Notes under the pieces: generated by a model | What the model saw: the letters and a program-made list of their open reading frames with translations, nothing else | The model's database searches: none | Told to the model about the DNA's origin: nothing | Shown here: positions 31,206 through 42,094 of the stretch, piece after piece | Layout: the number at the start of each line of letters is the position of its first letter | How positions within the stretch are numbered: position 1 is the first letter of the stretch | Program-made: the position numbers and the translations under genes | Origin: Candidatus Woesearchaeota archaeon | Lineage (GTDB): Archaea; Nanobdellota; Nanobdellia; SCGC-AAA011-G17; GW2011-AR18 | Reading direction: 5' to 3' | Assembly: GCA_018302235.1 (NCBI GenBank) | Contig: JAGVZW010000033.1 | Coordinates: forward strand, 434-64,433 | Length of the DNA stretch: 64,000 nucleotides

Positions 31206-31324
31206 AATTATTTGCTCTGTACAGAATAAATAAAGATTATTGTGAATTCAGTTATATTTTTATTTAGAAAAATATTAAATAAAAAGAAAATTATATAAAC
31301 TGTTAATTCTTTTCTAGAGACTAG

Positions 31325-32788
31325 ATGGAAAATCAATTAATAAAGGAAAGAAAACAGAAACTAGAGGAAATTAAAAGATTAAAGATTAATCCGTATCCTC
31401 ATAATTTTAACAAAACAACAGATATTCAAAATGTAATTAATTCTTATTCATCCATTAAATCTGAAGAAAAATCAAAAGACATATTTTCAATTGCTGGAAG
31501 AATAATTTTAGAAAGGAATATGGGCAAGGCTACTTTTTTGAACATCCAAGATCAAACTAATTCACTACAATTATATTTAAATCAACAAGAAACTAAAAAC
31601 TATGAATTAATAAAATTTTTAGACATTGGCGATATTATTGGAACTAGTGGGTACCCATTTAAAACAAAAAAAGGAGAATTAACTTTATTCGTAAAGGAAT
31701 TAACAATATTAACTAAATCATTAAGACCACTTCCAGAGAAATTTCATGGTTTAAAGGATCAAGAATTAATTTATAGACATAGGTATCTTGATTTAATTAC
31801 AAACCCAGAATCAAAAAATAAGTTTTTAATAAGAACAAAAATGATTCAGACTTTTAGGGAATTTTTAGACTCTAGAGGTTTTATAGAAGTAGAGACTCCC
31901 ACTTTACAGCCATTATATGGTGGAGCAAATGCAAAACCATTCAAAACATATTACAATGCTTTAAAAAGAGATTTCTATCTAAGGGTTTCAAATGAGTTAT
32001 ATCTAAAAAGATTATTAGTTGGGGGATTTGAAAAAGTCTATGAATTTGTTAAGGATTTTAGAAATGAAGATATTGATACTACCCATGTTCCAGAATTTAC
32101 ACAAATAGAGTTCTATGAGGCATATAAGGATTATATTCATGCAATGGAAATGTATGAACAATTAATAGAATACACGGCAAAAAAGGTTTTGGGAACAATA
32201 GAGGTAATATATCAAGGGAATAAAATCTCTTTAAAAACACCCTGGAAAAGAATATCTATGGTAGATGCTATAAAAAAATATGCTAAATTTGATGTGAATA
32301 AAAAAACAAGAAAAGAATTAACAGATTTTCTAGAAAAAAATAATATAGAATATGAAAAAGAATTGTTAGATGGTATGTTAATAAAATTAATCTTCGAAGA
32401 AACTTGCGAAAAACATTTGATTCAACCAACCTTTATCATAGATCACCCTATAGAAACAACACCCCTGTGCAAACCAAAAGAATTGAACCAAAAATTTGTA
32501 GAGAGGTTTGAGCCTTATATTGCATGTATGGAGGTAGGAAACGCATATTCAGAATTAAATGATCCTATTCTACAAAGAAGATTATTTGAAGAACAAGAGG
32601 AACGTGGTCGTGGTGGAGAAAAAGAAACCCATCCATTAGATGAAGACTTTTTAGAAGCAATGGAAACAGGAATGCCCCCAACTACTGGTGTAGGAATTGG
32701 TTTTGATAGATTAGTAATGATCTTTACAAATTCAGAATCGATTAGAGATGTAATTCTATTCCCACCAATGAAGCCTAAAACAAATTAA
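31325..32788 (+). CDS. lysS: Lysyl-tRNA synthetase, class II.
   Basis: N-terminal OB anticodon-binding domain and class II motifs (FEPYIACMEVGNAYSELNDP, GMPPTTGVGIGFDRLVMIFTNSESIRDVILFP). Confidence 0.9.
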   Translation: MENQLIKERKQKLEEIKRLKINPYPHNFNKTTDIQNVINSYSSIKSEEKSKDIFSIAGRIILERNMGKATFLNIQDQTNSLQLYLNQQETKNYELIKFLDIGDIIGTSGYPFKTKKGELTLFVKELTILTKSLRPLPEKFHGLKDQELIYRHRYLDLITNPESKNKFLIRTKMIQTFREFLDSRGFIEVETPTLQPLYGGANAKPFKTYYNALKRDFYLRVSNELYLKRLLVGGFEKVYEFVKDFRNEDIDTTHVPEFTQIEFYEAYKDYIHAMEMYEQLIEYTAKKVLGTIEVIYQGNKISLKTPWKRISMVDAIKKYAKFDVNKKTRKELTDFLEKNNIEYEKELLDGMLIKLIFEETCEKHLIQPTFIIDHPIETTPLCKPKELNQKFVERFEPYIACMEVGNAYSELNDPILQRRLFEEQEERGRGGEKETHPLDEDFLEAMETGMPPTTGVGIGFDRLVMIFTNSESIRDVILFPPMKPKTN

Positions 32789-32861
32789 TTTTATTGAGAA
32801 AAACAATAACACAAGTTTGCACCATTAGTTCTAAATGATCTAAGAAACATTTGTAGAGGAT

Positions 32862-33122
32862 ATGTCTAGACTTATTAGTGGAGAGATTGATAGTGTTAAT
32901 AAAAAAATAGATGCTCTTGAAACCTCTCTAGATGGCCAAATGCAGGGTTTAAAAACTGGTTTAGAAGGTAGAATGTATGGTTTAGAAGGTCAAATGCAGG
33001 GTTTAAGAGATCAATATCATGCGCTTGAAAATAGAATGATAGCAGTAGAAACTAAAATGGATATTATACTCAATAGAACAGACATATTGAAAGGCAATAT
33101 GAAACTATTACACGCTATTTAA
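32862..33122 (+). CDS. Small coiled-coil protein with internal GLxGQMQGL repeats, hypothetical.
   Basis: 86 aa, repeats LDGQMQGLKTGLEGRMYGLEGQMQGL. Confidence 0.3.
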   Translation: MSRLISGEIDSVNKKIDALETSLDGQMQGLKTGLEGRMYGLEGQMQGLRDQYHALENRMIAVETKMDIILNRTDILKGNMKLLHAI

Positions 33123-33286
33123 AAATACTTATGAAAAGAACCGCTAATAAAAACATAGGTTTTAAATGTTCAAAAAAAAATAACTAATTCTAAAAAATTC
33201 CGAATTAAGAACAAATAAAAAGACTCGGTTATTATTATGAACTTATTAGATTCAATAGAAACAAACCATTATTTTAATTAAAAAAA

Positions 33287-33838
33287 TTAAAATTTCACCT
33301 TAACATTTTTTCTTTCTTCTTCTGTTGCCTCGAACATCTCTTTTTTAACAAAATGCATCATTCCAGCTATTAAACTATTCGGGAATACCTCTATCTTTGT
33401 ATTAAATTCCATAACCATGTCATTATAATGCTGTCTTGCATAACCAATCTTATTCTCAGTTCCAGCTAATTCCTCTTGCAACTGCATAAAATTCTCATTT
33501 GCTTTCAATTGTGGATAATTCTCAGCTACAGCAAATAGTGTTTTTAATGTTCCTTCTAACATATTCTCAGCATTTGCCTTTCCCTCTACACCCTTAGCAC
33601 TCATTAATGATGTTCTTGCCTTTGTTACATTCTCTAACACATCTTTCTCATGCTTCATATATCCCTTTACTGTCTCAATTAAATTTGGAATTAGATCTGC
33701 CCTTCTCTTCAATTGTACATCTATTTGTGCCCAAGCATTCTCCACCTGATTTTTTAGCCTTATTAAACTATTAAATAACCAAATTACTATTAAAATTAAT
33801 ACTGCTAAAACAATAAGTATAATCCATATAGCTTCCAT
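33287..33838 (-). CDS. LemA-family membrane protein.
   Basis: N-terminal TM helix, then [18 protein letters not shown]...[11 protein letters not shown], typical of LemA. Confidence 0.75.
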   Translation of the reverse strand: MEAIWIILIVLAVLILIVIWLFNSLIRLKNQVENAWAQIDVQLKRRADLIPNLIETVKGYMKHEKDVLENVTKARTSLMSAKGVEGKANAENMLEGTLKTLFAVAENYPQLKANENFMQLQEELAGTENKIGYARQHYNDMVMEFNTKIEVFPNSLIAGMMHFVKKEMFEATEEERKNVKVKF

Positions 33839-33873
33839 TTTAAACCTCCAAATTACTCATATGAATTAAATTT

Positions 33874-34470
33874 TTAAGCTTTTCTATTTAAAATCTTCAT
33901 TCTTATTGATTCATAAGATTCCATACCATTTATTATCTGACCATTTATAAACAAATACGGAGTTGCAGTTATACCTAACCCTCTAGCATCCATATAATCC
34001 CTTTCTACAAAAGACATCATTCTTCTAGCATCTAAACATGATTCAAATTGAAATTTATTTATATTTAATCCCTCAGCTATAATTATAAAATTCTCTGTAG
34101 TAAAATTATATTGGTTTTCCAACAAAACATCTACATAATTAAAATAGCCCTCATCCCCCTTTTGTTCCCTAAAACATCTAGTTGCCTCAGCTGCCCTCTG
34201 CGAAGATTCACTTAAAGCATAATCCTTTACATAAAGACTTACAATTCCAGTTTGAACAAATTCATTTACTATCTTCTGGAATTTATTCCTAAAAAAATCC
34301 CTAGTATCTTCTGAGCTATAATCTACAAAAATAAAGATCTTAGTATCAGCATCACCCTTGACAGGAGAATTATCTCTTCTTATAACAATCTCTTCTTCAA
34401 CTTGTGGATATAAAAGATATATAATAGCTATAATCAAAATTACAATTATTAGAGCTTTAAAAATTTTCAT
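33874..34470 (-). CDS. DsbA-like thioredoxin-fold protein lacking the CxxC motif.
   Basis: N-terminal TM anchor. KIFIFVDYSSEDT sits where DsbA-like proteins carry F.D..CP.C, and the C-terminus has ATPYLFINGQ (cf. TPTFFINGK). Confidence 0.4.
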   Translation of the reverse strand: MKIFKALIIVILIIAIIYLLYPQVEEEIVIRRDNSPVKGDADTKIFIFVDYSSEDTRDFFRNKFQKIVNEFVQTGIVSLYVKDYALSESSQRAAEATRCFREQKGDEGYFNYVDVLLENQYNFTTENFIIIAEGLNINKFQFESCLDARRMMSFVERDYMDARGLGITATPYLFINGQIINGMESYESIRMKILNRKA

Positions 34471-34485
34471 ATATTAAAAAATAAT

Positions 34486-37400
34486 TTATAATTTAAAACG
34501 TTTTCTTTTTAACACAAAATAAATTCCAACAATTAGTAAAATCCCAAGAATTGCTATTATTATAGGCCATAACAAAGATGTTTCTTCTTCAATCTGTTCT
34601 TCTTGAACCTCTTCTTGTGCTTCCTTTTCCTCTGTTATTGTAGGTATCTCACTAATAATTTGTTCTTTAATCGTTTGTATCCTCAATAATGCTGTATTAT
34701 TTTGTATATTATCCAAACCAACACTAAGATCATAAAAATTATCTGCATTTAAATTAAATTTTTTAGTTTCTCCTATATAAATTACTGCCTCAATAGGCTC
34801 ACTTTGTACAAGAATCTTAACATTATCATCATTAATCTCTTTTACAGTTACAGTATGTGTAGCACCCTCAAAAATAAATTCAACAATATCCCCATCATTA
34901 AAATATTGTAGAATTCCTTGTTCTAATTTCTCATTTGTTACTGTAGTTTTTGTAGTTCCGGTTGGAGTACTACTCCCACCCCCACTTGAACTTGAAGTGG
35001 TAGATAAAGATTCTCTATATGATGAAAATTCACAATATGGTATCTTCCAAACACAATTAATTGAATCCAATAGAGTTGCTTCTGCAGTTTTATCCACACA
35101 ATTTGCACCAGCATCATCACAATGATACAATGTATCACAAACCCCTGTAAATGGTATTTTTAATTTACAGACCTCTGGATGTAAATTACCTATTATTTTA
35201 TCCCTTGTAGCAGAAGTTAATCCCAAAATATTACTATCACTTATTATATCTGCTCCCCCATCAATTGATCTGACCTTATCATTTAAAGCAGTCATTGTTA
35301 AACTAGCATTAATAAATTCAAAATATACACTACTATCATTCTTTGCCATCTTTATATTAACCAACCTTCCATCTGTATAATTTGTTTTCATCCCTGAATT
35401 AGTTCCACATACTTGACCCTGTATATGCTCATATACCCCATTCTGATCTAAATCATACGAAATTACCCAAGCAGAAGTTGTTTTTATTCTTGCCACAAAA
35501 TTACAATATGGACATGTTGCATTAGTAACTGTTATTATCGAACTACATTGACTTACAGCACAATGTGAATCAGTATCACAAACCTTTATCTTATAATAAT
35601 ATCCTGTTTGATTAGAGAGACTAAAATTCAAAGCATTAGTTCCATTATATAAATTTGCAGTATGCCACAACTTATAATCCCTAACATCACTACTTACTAA
35701 ACCTATATCTCTTACTGTTGAATTCACAGTCAAACATCTTGAATAATTAGAATAAAATTCAACTGTACCATTAGTTGGTTTATTTGTATCATACATTATT
35801 AATGCTGAATCTGGATATTCCTCTAATTTTACCCCTAAGACTTGTGGTGATCTAGCATCTGTATATCCTGGAGAATTAACCCCTAAATTTGTGCATGCTG
35901 ATGAAAATTCACAATCCCAATCATAACAATCTAGTGTATTATCACCATCATCATCTACACCATTAAAGCAATCCTCATACTTTACATAACCATTCTTCAA
36001 GATATCCTCAAATTTCGCTACATTAGCTCCATAAGAAAACATACTATCTATCTCAAAATCAATAGTACCTGGTGTAAACCATATTGGTCCAATAGAATCA
36101 CTAACTACTGAAATATTTTCATATAAACCTGCTGTTGAAACATAAATCCTTATTTCTTCAGATGAATTATACAATGTAGGAAATCTAGCTAATTCTGATT
36201 TTTCTACAGCAACCATAGGCCCGCTTATCTCTGAGCACATCTTAGTCTTCCATGTAGTTAGTTTAATATCAGTAGCAGCCCAAGCATTATCATCACATTT
36301 ATACGCTGTTGTAGATTCTATTGATTTGCTATTATTCACATCCCATGTTGAAGTATATTTAAATCTAAATTCATATCCTGTTTTTGTTGTGTCATTTGTA
36401 AGTGCACATCCCCCTGTTGCCAAACCATCTGTATCTAAATATACATAAAGCTTTATAGTATCATTCCCATTACCAACTTTATCAGCACCATAAATATACG
36501 CTGGAAGTTTTTCTTTATTACATATTGAAGAATTAGAGAAATCCCTAACCTTTACACCATATCCAAAGGCATTTACCATATCCTTCACTCCAATATTGCA
36601 TATATCTATACTTCCTGCAATAGTAGTCTCATTACAATCATCATACCCTAATGGCATCATTATACCGCTTTCCATTCCAGTAAATATTTCATTCATAAAT
36701 CCAGGATTACACCATCCAGTCATCCATTTGCACCCAAACCCACAACCAGCCTGTGCAGTTTGATTATAACATGTGGGTTCACAAGTTCCCCATGCAGTAA
36801 CATTACAATAAAGATTATTATTACACTCTGTTTCCCAATCTGTTGGATTAGCCCATTTTTGTAATGTACTATTCATCCAACATTGATCCATAATATTAGT
36901 ACACCAACCATATCCTGATTCATTATTCCACCAACAATTATTTGTTGCATTGCATCCCCCCCCTGCAGGTGATAAATACATCCAACAACTACTATTAGTC
37001 CAGTCTACATCACAAAAAGGCATAGGTTCTGGGAACCATCCACATGTAAGATTAATATGTGTTTTATTTGTGCATAAACTTTGATTACCATCATATTTAT
37101 AACAATTAGAACCTGCAGCAGTAGCTACTCCACCTGCACCCATAGTCGATGCACTTGAAAATCCCCCATATTTAGGATCACACCACCCAGATTCCTTCCA
37201 TGTACATCCAGATGTAGCCTGACAACCCCCTTGATTGTACATATTTGAGGCTGAAGAACATGTTTCTAGATCCTCTTCCTGACACCATCCATTTTGATCC
37301 TTCCATTGACAACCACCTTGTGCATTACAAACAGATGATGAACTCTGATTACCTAACAAAAAACACCTTGGTTCACAAAAAGTATATGTCCAATCAGAAC

Positions 37401-40347
37401 GCCAAAAACATAAGGAATTTCCATTAGCATCAAATTGATTCGCACATGCAGCAGTAGTACTAGCACTCCAACATTTCTCAGTTGGATTTGCACACCATCC
37501 ACCCCATGTATCATTCCTCCACCAACAATCTGCATCAACACAAGTAGAATTAGAATAATATTGCCAGCAATTAGCACTATAATTTACCTCACAATGTGGA
37601 GTACTATACGAATCTACATACCAATTACATCCATCTGTATTATTACAGTTTGTTGATGTTGTATACATCCAGCAATTCTTTGGTTTAAAATTATTATGAT
37701 CACACCATCCACCAGCACCAGTACACCATGTTGTAGTATTACCCGTACCTAAACACCAAGAATCCGCAGTCCAATTACAACCATTTCCAGAAGCTGCATC
37801 ACAATTAGCCTTACTTAAACCCATACATAACTGAGTTTGACTCCAATCCTCTTCACACCAAGAATAACCAGTACCATTCTGCCATAAACATTGTGTACGT
37901 GAATTACAATAAGTTTCATTCGTATCATACTTCCAACACTGCGAACCTGGAGAATCACACCAAGTCCCCCACTTATCAACAACCCACTCACAACTATTAG
38001 TTTCACACGTTGCTTGCGTTACCCATCCAGAACATTCACCCCCAATAAAACCGCAATAACTATCTGAATAACAAGCACTGTCCATACAATCTATCAATTG
38101 ATTATTATTATTATCTGACCCATCCCAACAAATCTCTCCACTCTCTCCTACATTTGAAGAACAATATCCATCACTTGATGTTCCCTCCCACTTACAAGCC
38201 CCACTAGTATTTGAAACATCAGCTCTACCTAAACCCTGACAATCTGACTGTGTATAACACCTATCACAAGCATCTAAACATGTTTTATCCCCTTTTTTTA
38301 AACAATAACCACCTATAGTCATAGAAGTGTCTACCACCCATTTACAACCACCAGCACCAGAGTTTGCATTACTATTCTCACAATAACTTCCTGGTCTCTT
38401 TGTTGTATCATTACTAAGCGGATCTCCCATATATGTACATGCCCCACAATCAACATTACAATCCACTACAACATTATTTTTATATTGATATTTAGTTTTA
38501 CAATAGCCAATATTATTAGATGCTCTTGTATCAGCCTCAAACTCACAAATCCCTAAAAGAGAATTTCTGCACGCAGAATCAGCATTAGTCGCATTTACAG
38601 TATTCCCATCGCTATCTTCATATTCACAACCATAACAAGCCTTATCACAACTTACATCACCTCCAAACTTACTCTCACATCTTCCAGTAGGAACAGAAAT
38701 ATTACCCTCACAATAACTCTCAGTAATCCAATTTCCTCCAGTAAATTCACAAGTTCTCTTGTTAGTCAACTTATTCAGGCTTTGAGATGTATTCCCAAAG
38801 ATATCTGCTGCATCTACCAAGCATCTCTCTGTTGTATTATCCCATTTACAAGGCATATACCATGGATCACCACTAATCTGTTCACATAAAGATTTATCAG
38901 TATAAGAACTATAATCCTCACAAAAATTTGCACCCGCTGGTGGTGCTGACATCTGATCCCAACATGTTGTAATCAATTTGTTTGCAGTACAATTATTATA
39001 TTGCCAAGAGCAACACGATGATAACACAGATATACTATTACATAAATTTGAATCATTTATATAACTACACTTTATTCCATTACCTGTAATATTAATTCCA
39101 TAATTGTTGGTTAATGTATTGCATTTTTCACTAGAATAATTACAACCCAATGTCAAATTACAATTTGTTTGATTCATATCAAAAACATAACATCCAGGAT
39201 TCCATTCCTCAAATATTGTAGTAGAACTATTTGTTAATGTCCAATTTGGCGTCTGACAGCTACCACCTACACCTAGGTTATTTAGATCAGTATACACCCA
39301 CCAACAATAAGATGTTGCAGAACAATCATATTGTGTTGTTTTATTCGCACAACCTGTTGTCGTATAATCTTTATAACACCACCCTGGATTAGTAGCATTT
39401 GTAGCATTAGAATAATCATTCCATTGACAATTCATACTATAGGTATTGTTCTCACATGCACTTGCATTTCCCCCCTTTGCACCATCCCAACTCCAACATT
39501 GAGCCTCTTCGCAATAAGATGTTGATTGAGAAGATTTCCAATAACAATTAGTCATATTAGTACATGTATTATTAGCAGTAAAAGTCCAACAATCCTGCGT
39601 TGTACAATAATTACTACTCCATTTACAACTTAAATTATAGGTATTATTCACACACGCTGTCTGATTAGTCCAATCATAAACATAACATGCTGGTTCCTGA
39701 CACCAATTATTTCTCCATGCACAATTGATTTCATCTGTCACAGACGCACATGCTGTCTGATTAGTATAACTTGAACACCATCTCTCTTGACAAAGATTAG
39801 CACTCCATGTACAATTTTTACCATTCCATGATTTGCCTGCATTACACGTTGATTGAGTAGTATAATCAATACCACAATTTCTATAATCACACTTTCCCCA
39901 ACTACAACTTGTTGTATTTAAACATGAAGCTCTTGTCGTCTGTGCTGAACAATCTGCAGACCATAAAAGGTTATTATTATAACAACTCTCACTCCATTTA
40001 CATCCTAGATTCCTTGAATTATTTTCACATGTATTCTGATTTGTTCCATATAAATCATAACATGATGCCGTACCACAATAATTAGTGGTCTTGGAACCCA
40101 CCCAAGTACAATTTTTTCCAGTAATTACAGTATTTGTACATTCATTTTGTGAGCCTAGATTCCAACAAGCCAATTCTGTACAGTATTTTCCCCCAGAATA
40201 CTGCTTCCAAATACAAGCATTAGCAGCAGTACAACTTGCATTATTAGTCTCAGTATACAACCAACAATTTGCACCATATATTGACTTAATAAAAACAAAA
40301 ACTAAAAAAAATATTAAAAGATAAATGTATATATTATTTTTCTTCAT
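34486..40347 (-). CDS. Giant (1953 aa) secreted, C-terminally membrane-anchored, Cys/Trp-rich repeat surface protein.
   Basis: Signal peptide MKKNNIYIYLLIFFLVFVFIKSIYG. Dozens of ~30-aa modules of the form C-[WY]-x(4-6)-N-x-[ST]-x-C-x(4-8)-C-x-W-x(4-8)-C. Very dense N-x-S/T sequons. A Ser/Thr-rich linker (SSSGGGSSTPTGTTKTT), an acidic stretch, a C-terminal TM helix and a KRKRFKL tail. Confidence 0.8.
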   Translation of the reverse strand: MKKNNIYIYLLIFFLVFVFIKSIYGANCWLYTETNNASCTAANACIWKQYSGGKYCTELACWNLGSQNECTNTVITGKNCTWVGSKTTNYCGTASCYDLYGTNQNTCENNSRNLGCKWSESCYNNNLLWSADCSAQTTRASCLNTTSCSWGKCDYRNCGIDYTTQSTCNAGKSWNGKNCTWSANLCQERWCSSYTNQTACASVTDEINCAWRNNWCQEPACYVYDWTNQTACVNNTYNLSCKWSSNYCTTQDCWTFTANNTCTNMTNCYWKSSQSTSYCEEAQCWSWDGAKGGNASACENNTYSMNCQWNDYSNATNATNPGWCYKDYTTTGCANKTTQYDCSATSYCWWVYTDLNNLGVGGSCQTPNWTLTNSSTTIFEEWNPGCYVFDMNQTNCNLTLGCNYSSEKCNTLTNNYGINITGNGIKCSYINDSNLCNSISVLSSCCSWQYNNCTANKLITTCWDQMSAPPAGANFCEDYSSYTDKSLCEQISGDPWYMPCKWDNTTERCLVDAADIFGNTSQSLNKLTNKRTCEFTGGNWITESYCEGNISVPTGRCESKFGGDVSCDKACYGCEYEDSDGNTVNATNADSACRNSLLGICEFEADTRASNNIGYCKTKYQYKNNVVVDCNVDCGACTYMGDPLSNDTTKRPGSYCENSNANSGAGGCKWVVDTSMTIGGYCLKKGDKTCLDACDRCYTQSDCQGLGRADVSNTSGACKWEGTSSDGYCSSNVGESGEICWDGSDNNNNQLIDCMDSACYSDSYCGFIGGECSGWVTQATCETNSCEWVVDKWGTWCDSPGSQCWKYDTNETYCNSRTQCLWQNGTGYSWCEEDWSQTQLCMGLSKANCDAASGNGCNWTADSWCLGTGNTTTWCTGAGGWCDHNNFKPKNCWMYTTSTNCNNTDGCNWYVDSYSTPHCEVNYSANCWQYYSNSTCVDADCWWRNDTWGGWCANPTEKCWSASTTAACANQFDANGNSLCFWRSDWTYTFCEPRCFLLGNQSSSSVCNAQGGCQWKDQNGWCQEEDLETCSSASNMYNQGGCQATSGCTWKESGWCDPKYGGFSSASTMGAGGVATAAGSNCYKYDGNQSLCTNKTHINLTCGWFPEPMPFCDVDWTNSSCWMYLSPAGGGCNATNNCWWNNESGYGWCTNIMDQCWMNSTLQKWANPTDWETECNNNLYCNVTAWGTCEPTCYNQTAQAGCGFGCKWMTGWCNPGFMNEIFTGMESGIMMPLGYDDCNETTIAGSIDICNIGVKDMVNAFGYGVKVRDFSNSSICNKEKLPAYIYGADKVGNGNDTIKLYVYLDTDGLATGGCALTNDTTKTGYEFRFKYTSTWDVNNSKSIESTTAYKCDDNAWAATDIKLTTWKTKMCSEISGPMVAVEKSELARFPTLYNSSEEIRIYVSTAGLYENISVVSDSIGPIWFTPGTIDFEIDSMFSYGANVAKFEDILKNGYVKYEDCFNGVDDDGDNTLDCYDWDCEFSSACTNLGVNSPGYTDARSPQVLGVKLEEYPDSALIMYDTNKPTNGTVEFYSNYSRCLTVNSTVRDIGLVSSDVRDYKLWHTANLYNGTNALNFSLSNQTGYYYKIKVCDTDSHCAVSQCSSIITVTNATCPYCNFVARIKTTSAWVISYDLDQNGVYEHIQGQVCGTNSGMKTNYTDGRLVNIKMAKNDSSVYFEFINASLTMTALNDKVRSIDGGADIISDSNILGLTSATRDKIIGNLHPEVCKLKIPFTGVCDTLYHCDDAGANCVDKTAEATLLDSINCVWKIPYCEFSSYRESLSTTSSSSGGGSSTPTGTTKTTVTNEKLEQGILQYFNDGDIVEFIFEGATHTVTVKEINDDNVKILVQSEPIEAVIYIGETKKFNLNADNFYDLSVGLDNIQNNTALLRIQTIKEQIISEIPTITEEKEAQEEVQEEQIEEETSLLWPIIIAILGILLIVGIYFVLKRKRFKL

Positions 40348-40474
40348 TCATAAAACCTCTTTTTCTTATTAACAACATTAAATAATCTTTAATATATAAA
40401 TATTTTTATTTTATAAAATTAAATTGTGGTATAGGGATAACAATCTTTAAAAATTATTAATACAAAAGAATAGA

Positions 40475-40888
40475 ATGGAAGATTGTATCTTTTGTAAAAT
40501 TATTAATAAAGAAATAAAAGCAGCAACTGTTTATGAAGATAAACATACATATGCCTTTTTAGATATTAGACCAGCTTCAGAAAAAGGAGGACATACATTA
40601 GTTATGCCTAAAAAACATTATGAATTAATCACTGACATCCCAGATGAAGAAATAAAACACTTATCTTTAACATTAAAAAAAATATCATCTGCATTACTTA
40701 AATTCAGTCAAGGACTTAATATCCTACAAAATAATAAAAAAATTGCTGGTCAGTATATTAAACATATTCACTTCCACCTAATTCCAAGATTTGAGAATGA
40801 TAATATTACAATAGAAAAATGGAAAGCAAACGAATATAAAAATGGAGAAATAGAAAAGATTCAAAATAAAATTAAATTATTATTCTAA
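40475..40888 (+). CDS. HIT-family (histidine triad) nucleotide hydrolase.
   Basis: HIHFHLIP is the HxHxHxx motif. 137 aa. Confidence 0.85.
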   Translation: MEDCIFCKIINKEIKAATVYEDKHTYAFLDIRPASEKGGHTLVMPKKHYELITDIPDEEIKHLSLTLKKISSALLKFSQGLNILQNNKKIAGQYIKHIHFHLIPRFENDNITIEKWKANEYKNGEIEKIQNKIKLLF

Positions 40889-41266
40889 ACATCTCCCATT
40901 TTCACAACCATTAGAGCACCAAATCACCGAATTCAAAACATCATTATTATAACAATAAAATTCTTTTAAATTATTATTATTAACACAAATATCTGATTCA
41001 CTTTGAGATTCACAGTCTTTCAAAGATTTCAAACAGGTTTCAGAGTAAGCATAAACTGTTCCCTTTTTATTTACATTATAATACTTTCTATCAAAATATT
41101 GTGATGGCTTATCAGTATCTATGCATCCCTTTTGTACACTAAATTCTATAGATTTTCCTGTAAAAATCTCCTGTGATAGATTTGGCTTAAACTTTAATAG
41201 TATAAAAAAAATAGCTACAATTATAATCAAAACTACTAAAGTTCCTGCAAACCCTCTTTTATTCAT
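40880..41266 (-). CDS. Small secreted/anchored Cys-rich protein, hypothetical.
   Basis: N-terminal TM/signal segment and 8 Cys in a 128-aa protein. Confidence 0.35.
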   Translation of the reverse strand: MNKRGFAGTLVVLIIIVAIFFILLKFKPNLSQEIFTGKSIEFSVQKGCIDTDKPSQYFDRKYYNVNKKGTVYAYSETCLKSLKDCESQSESDICVNNNNLKEFYCYNNDVLNSVIWCSNGCENGRCLE

Positions 41267-41302
41267 TAAAATAAGAATACATTGATACTTAAAAAAATTT
41301 CC

Positions 41303-41320
41303 GTTAAATTTAAGTATAAT
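41303..41320 (+). promoter_or_regulatory. Putative archaeal TATA box (with BRE) for tRNA-Met.
   Basis: AAGTATAATTA is centred about 26 nt upstream of tRNA position 1. Confidence 0.35.
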
Positions 41321-41340
41321 TATCTTTTCATTGAATCATT

Positions 41341-41452
41341 GCCTCACTAGCTCAGCCTGGTTAGAGCGCCACTCTCATATGTTTGAGAAATGAAGCATTA
41401 GCTAATGAACTAAGAAAGGTGGAGGTCGGGGGTTCAAATCCCCCATGAGGCA
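41341..41452 (+). tRNA. tRNA-Met (anticodon CAU) with a 37-nt intron at the canonical 37/38 position.
   Basis: Manual fold: acceptor GCCTCAC..ATGAGGC, D-arm GCTC/GAGC, anticodon stem CCACT/GGTGG with CTCATA followed by the intron (41380..41416), T-arm GGGGG TTCAAAT CCCCC. Confidence 0.7.
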
Positions 41453-41466
41453 AAGCTTTAAATAGA

Positions 41467-42075
41467 ATGATTATTTTGAAATATATAATGAAAGAAATAA
41501 TTATTATTTGTTTATTATTTATATCATCTTGTGTAACACCATCAGAGGATTTGAATCTAGTTCCACCTATAGCAGAACCCAAATCTGATTTTGTTTGCAA
41601 TGAACCATATATTCAAGTGGGTTCCGAATGTTGTCTAGATCAAAATAAAAATAAAATCTGCGATAGGGATGAAATAATAGAAGAAGAGAATAATATAGTT
41701 GAATGTAATTTAATAAATCCATTTACGTGTAGATACGCAAAAATCGAAGATAATAAAATTATAATAAGTTTAAAATTCTTAAACCCAGAAATAGCATTCA
41801 TAAAAACGATATCATTTCCATCATTAGATTGTACAGTACATTTCAATGCCCCTGAATCAGAATGGATTAAAGATCCTTTAACAGATTATTCATATATACT
41901 TCCATTAAAAGAAACAGAACTTGAGATTCCCTGTGAGATTACAGAGGATTATGTAAATACTGATTGGGAAATAAGCTACATAATATACGATGATGGTGTT
42001 CCATATAATGATGGATTAAGATATTTATATGATAAAGAAGATAAAACCTATGGAACATTATTAGCTGAGTTATAA
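41467..42075 (+). CDS. Secreted Cys-rich lipoprotein-like protein, hypothetical.
   Basis: MKEIIIICLLFISSCVTPSEDL is a lipobox-like signal. 10 Cys. Confidence 0.4.
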   Translation: MIILKYIMKEIIIICLLFISSCVTPSEDLNLVPPIAEPKSDFVCNEPYIQVGSECCLDQNKNKICDRDEIIEEENNIVECNLINPFTCRYAKIEDNKIIISLKFLNPEIAFIKTISFPSLDCTVHFNAPESEWIKDPLTDYSYILPLKETELEIPCEITEDYVNTDWEISYIIYDDGVPYNDGLRYLYDKEDKTYGTLLAEL

Positions 42076-42094
42076 AATAGCAAAAAAAGAATAA

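Noticed and set aside
34938-40324. Small ORFs on both strands inside the 1953-aa gene (for example 37245..37427, 37353..37577, 37435..37656, 39331..39525, 40085..40324).
   Set aside because: They are alternative-frame artefacts of a long, repeat-rich CDS.
41361-41600. 79-aa minus-strand ORF overlapping tRNA-Met.
   Set aside because: It overlaps the tRNA gene and the start of the better-supported plus-strand lipoprotein gene. Reverse-translating the tRNA gives the odd GGFEPPTS peptide.
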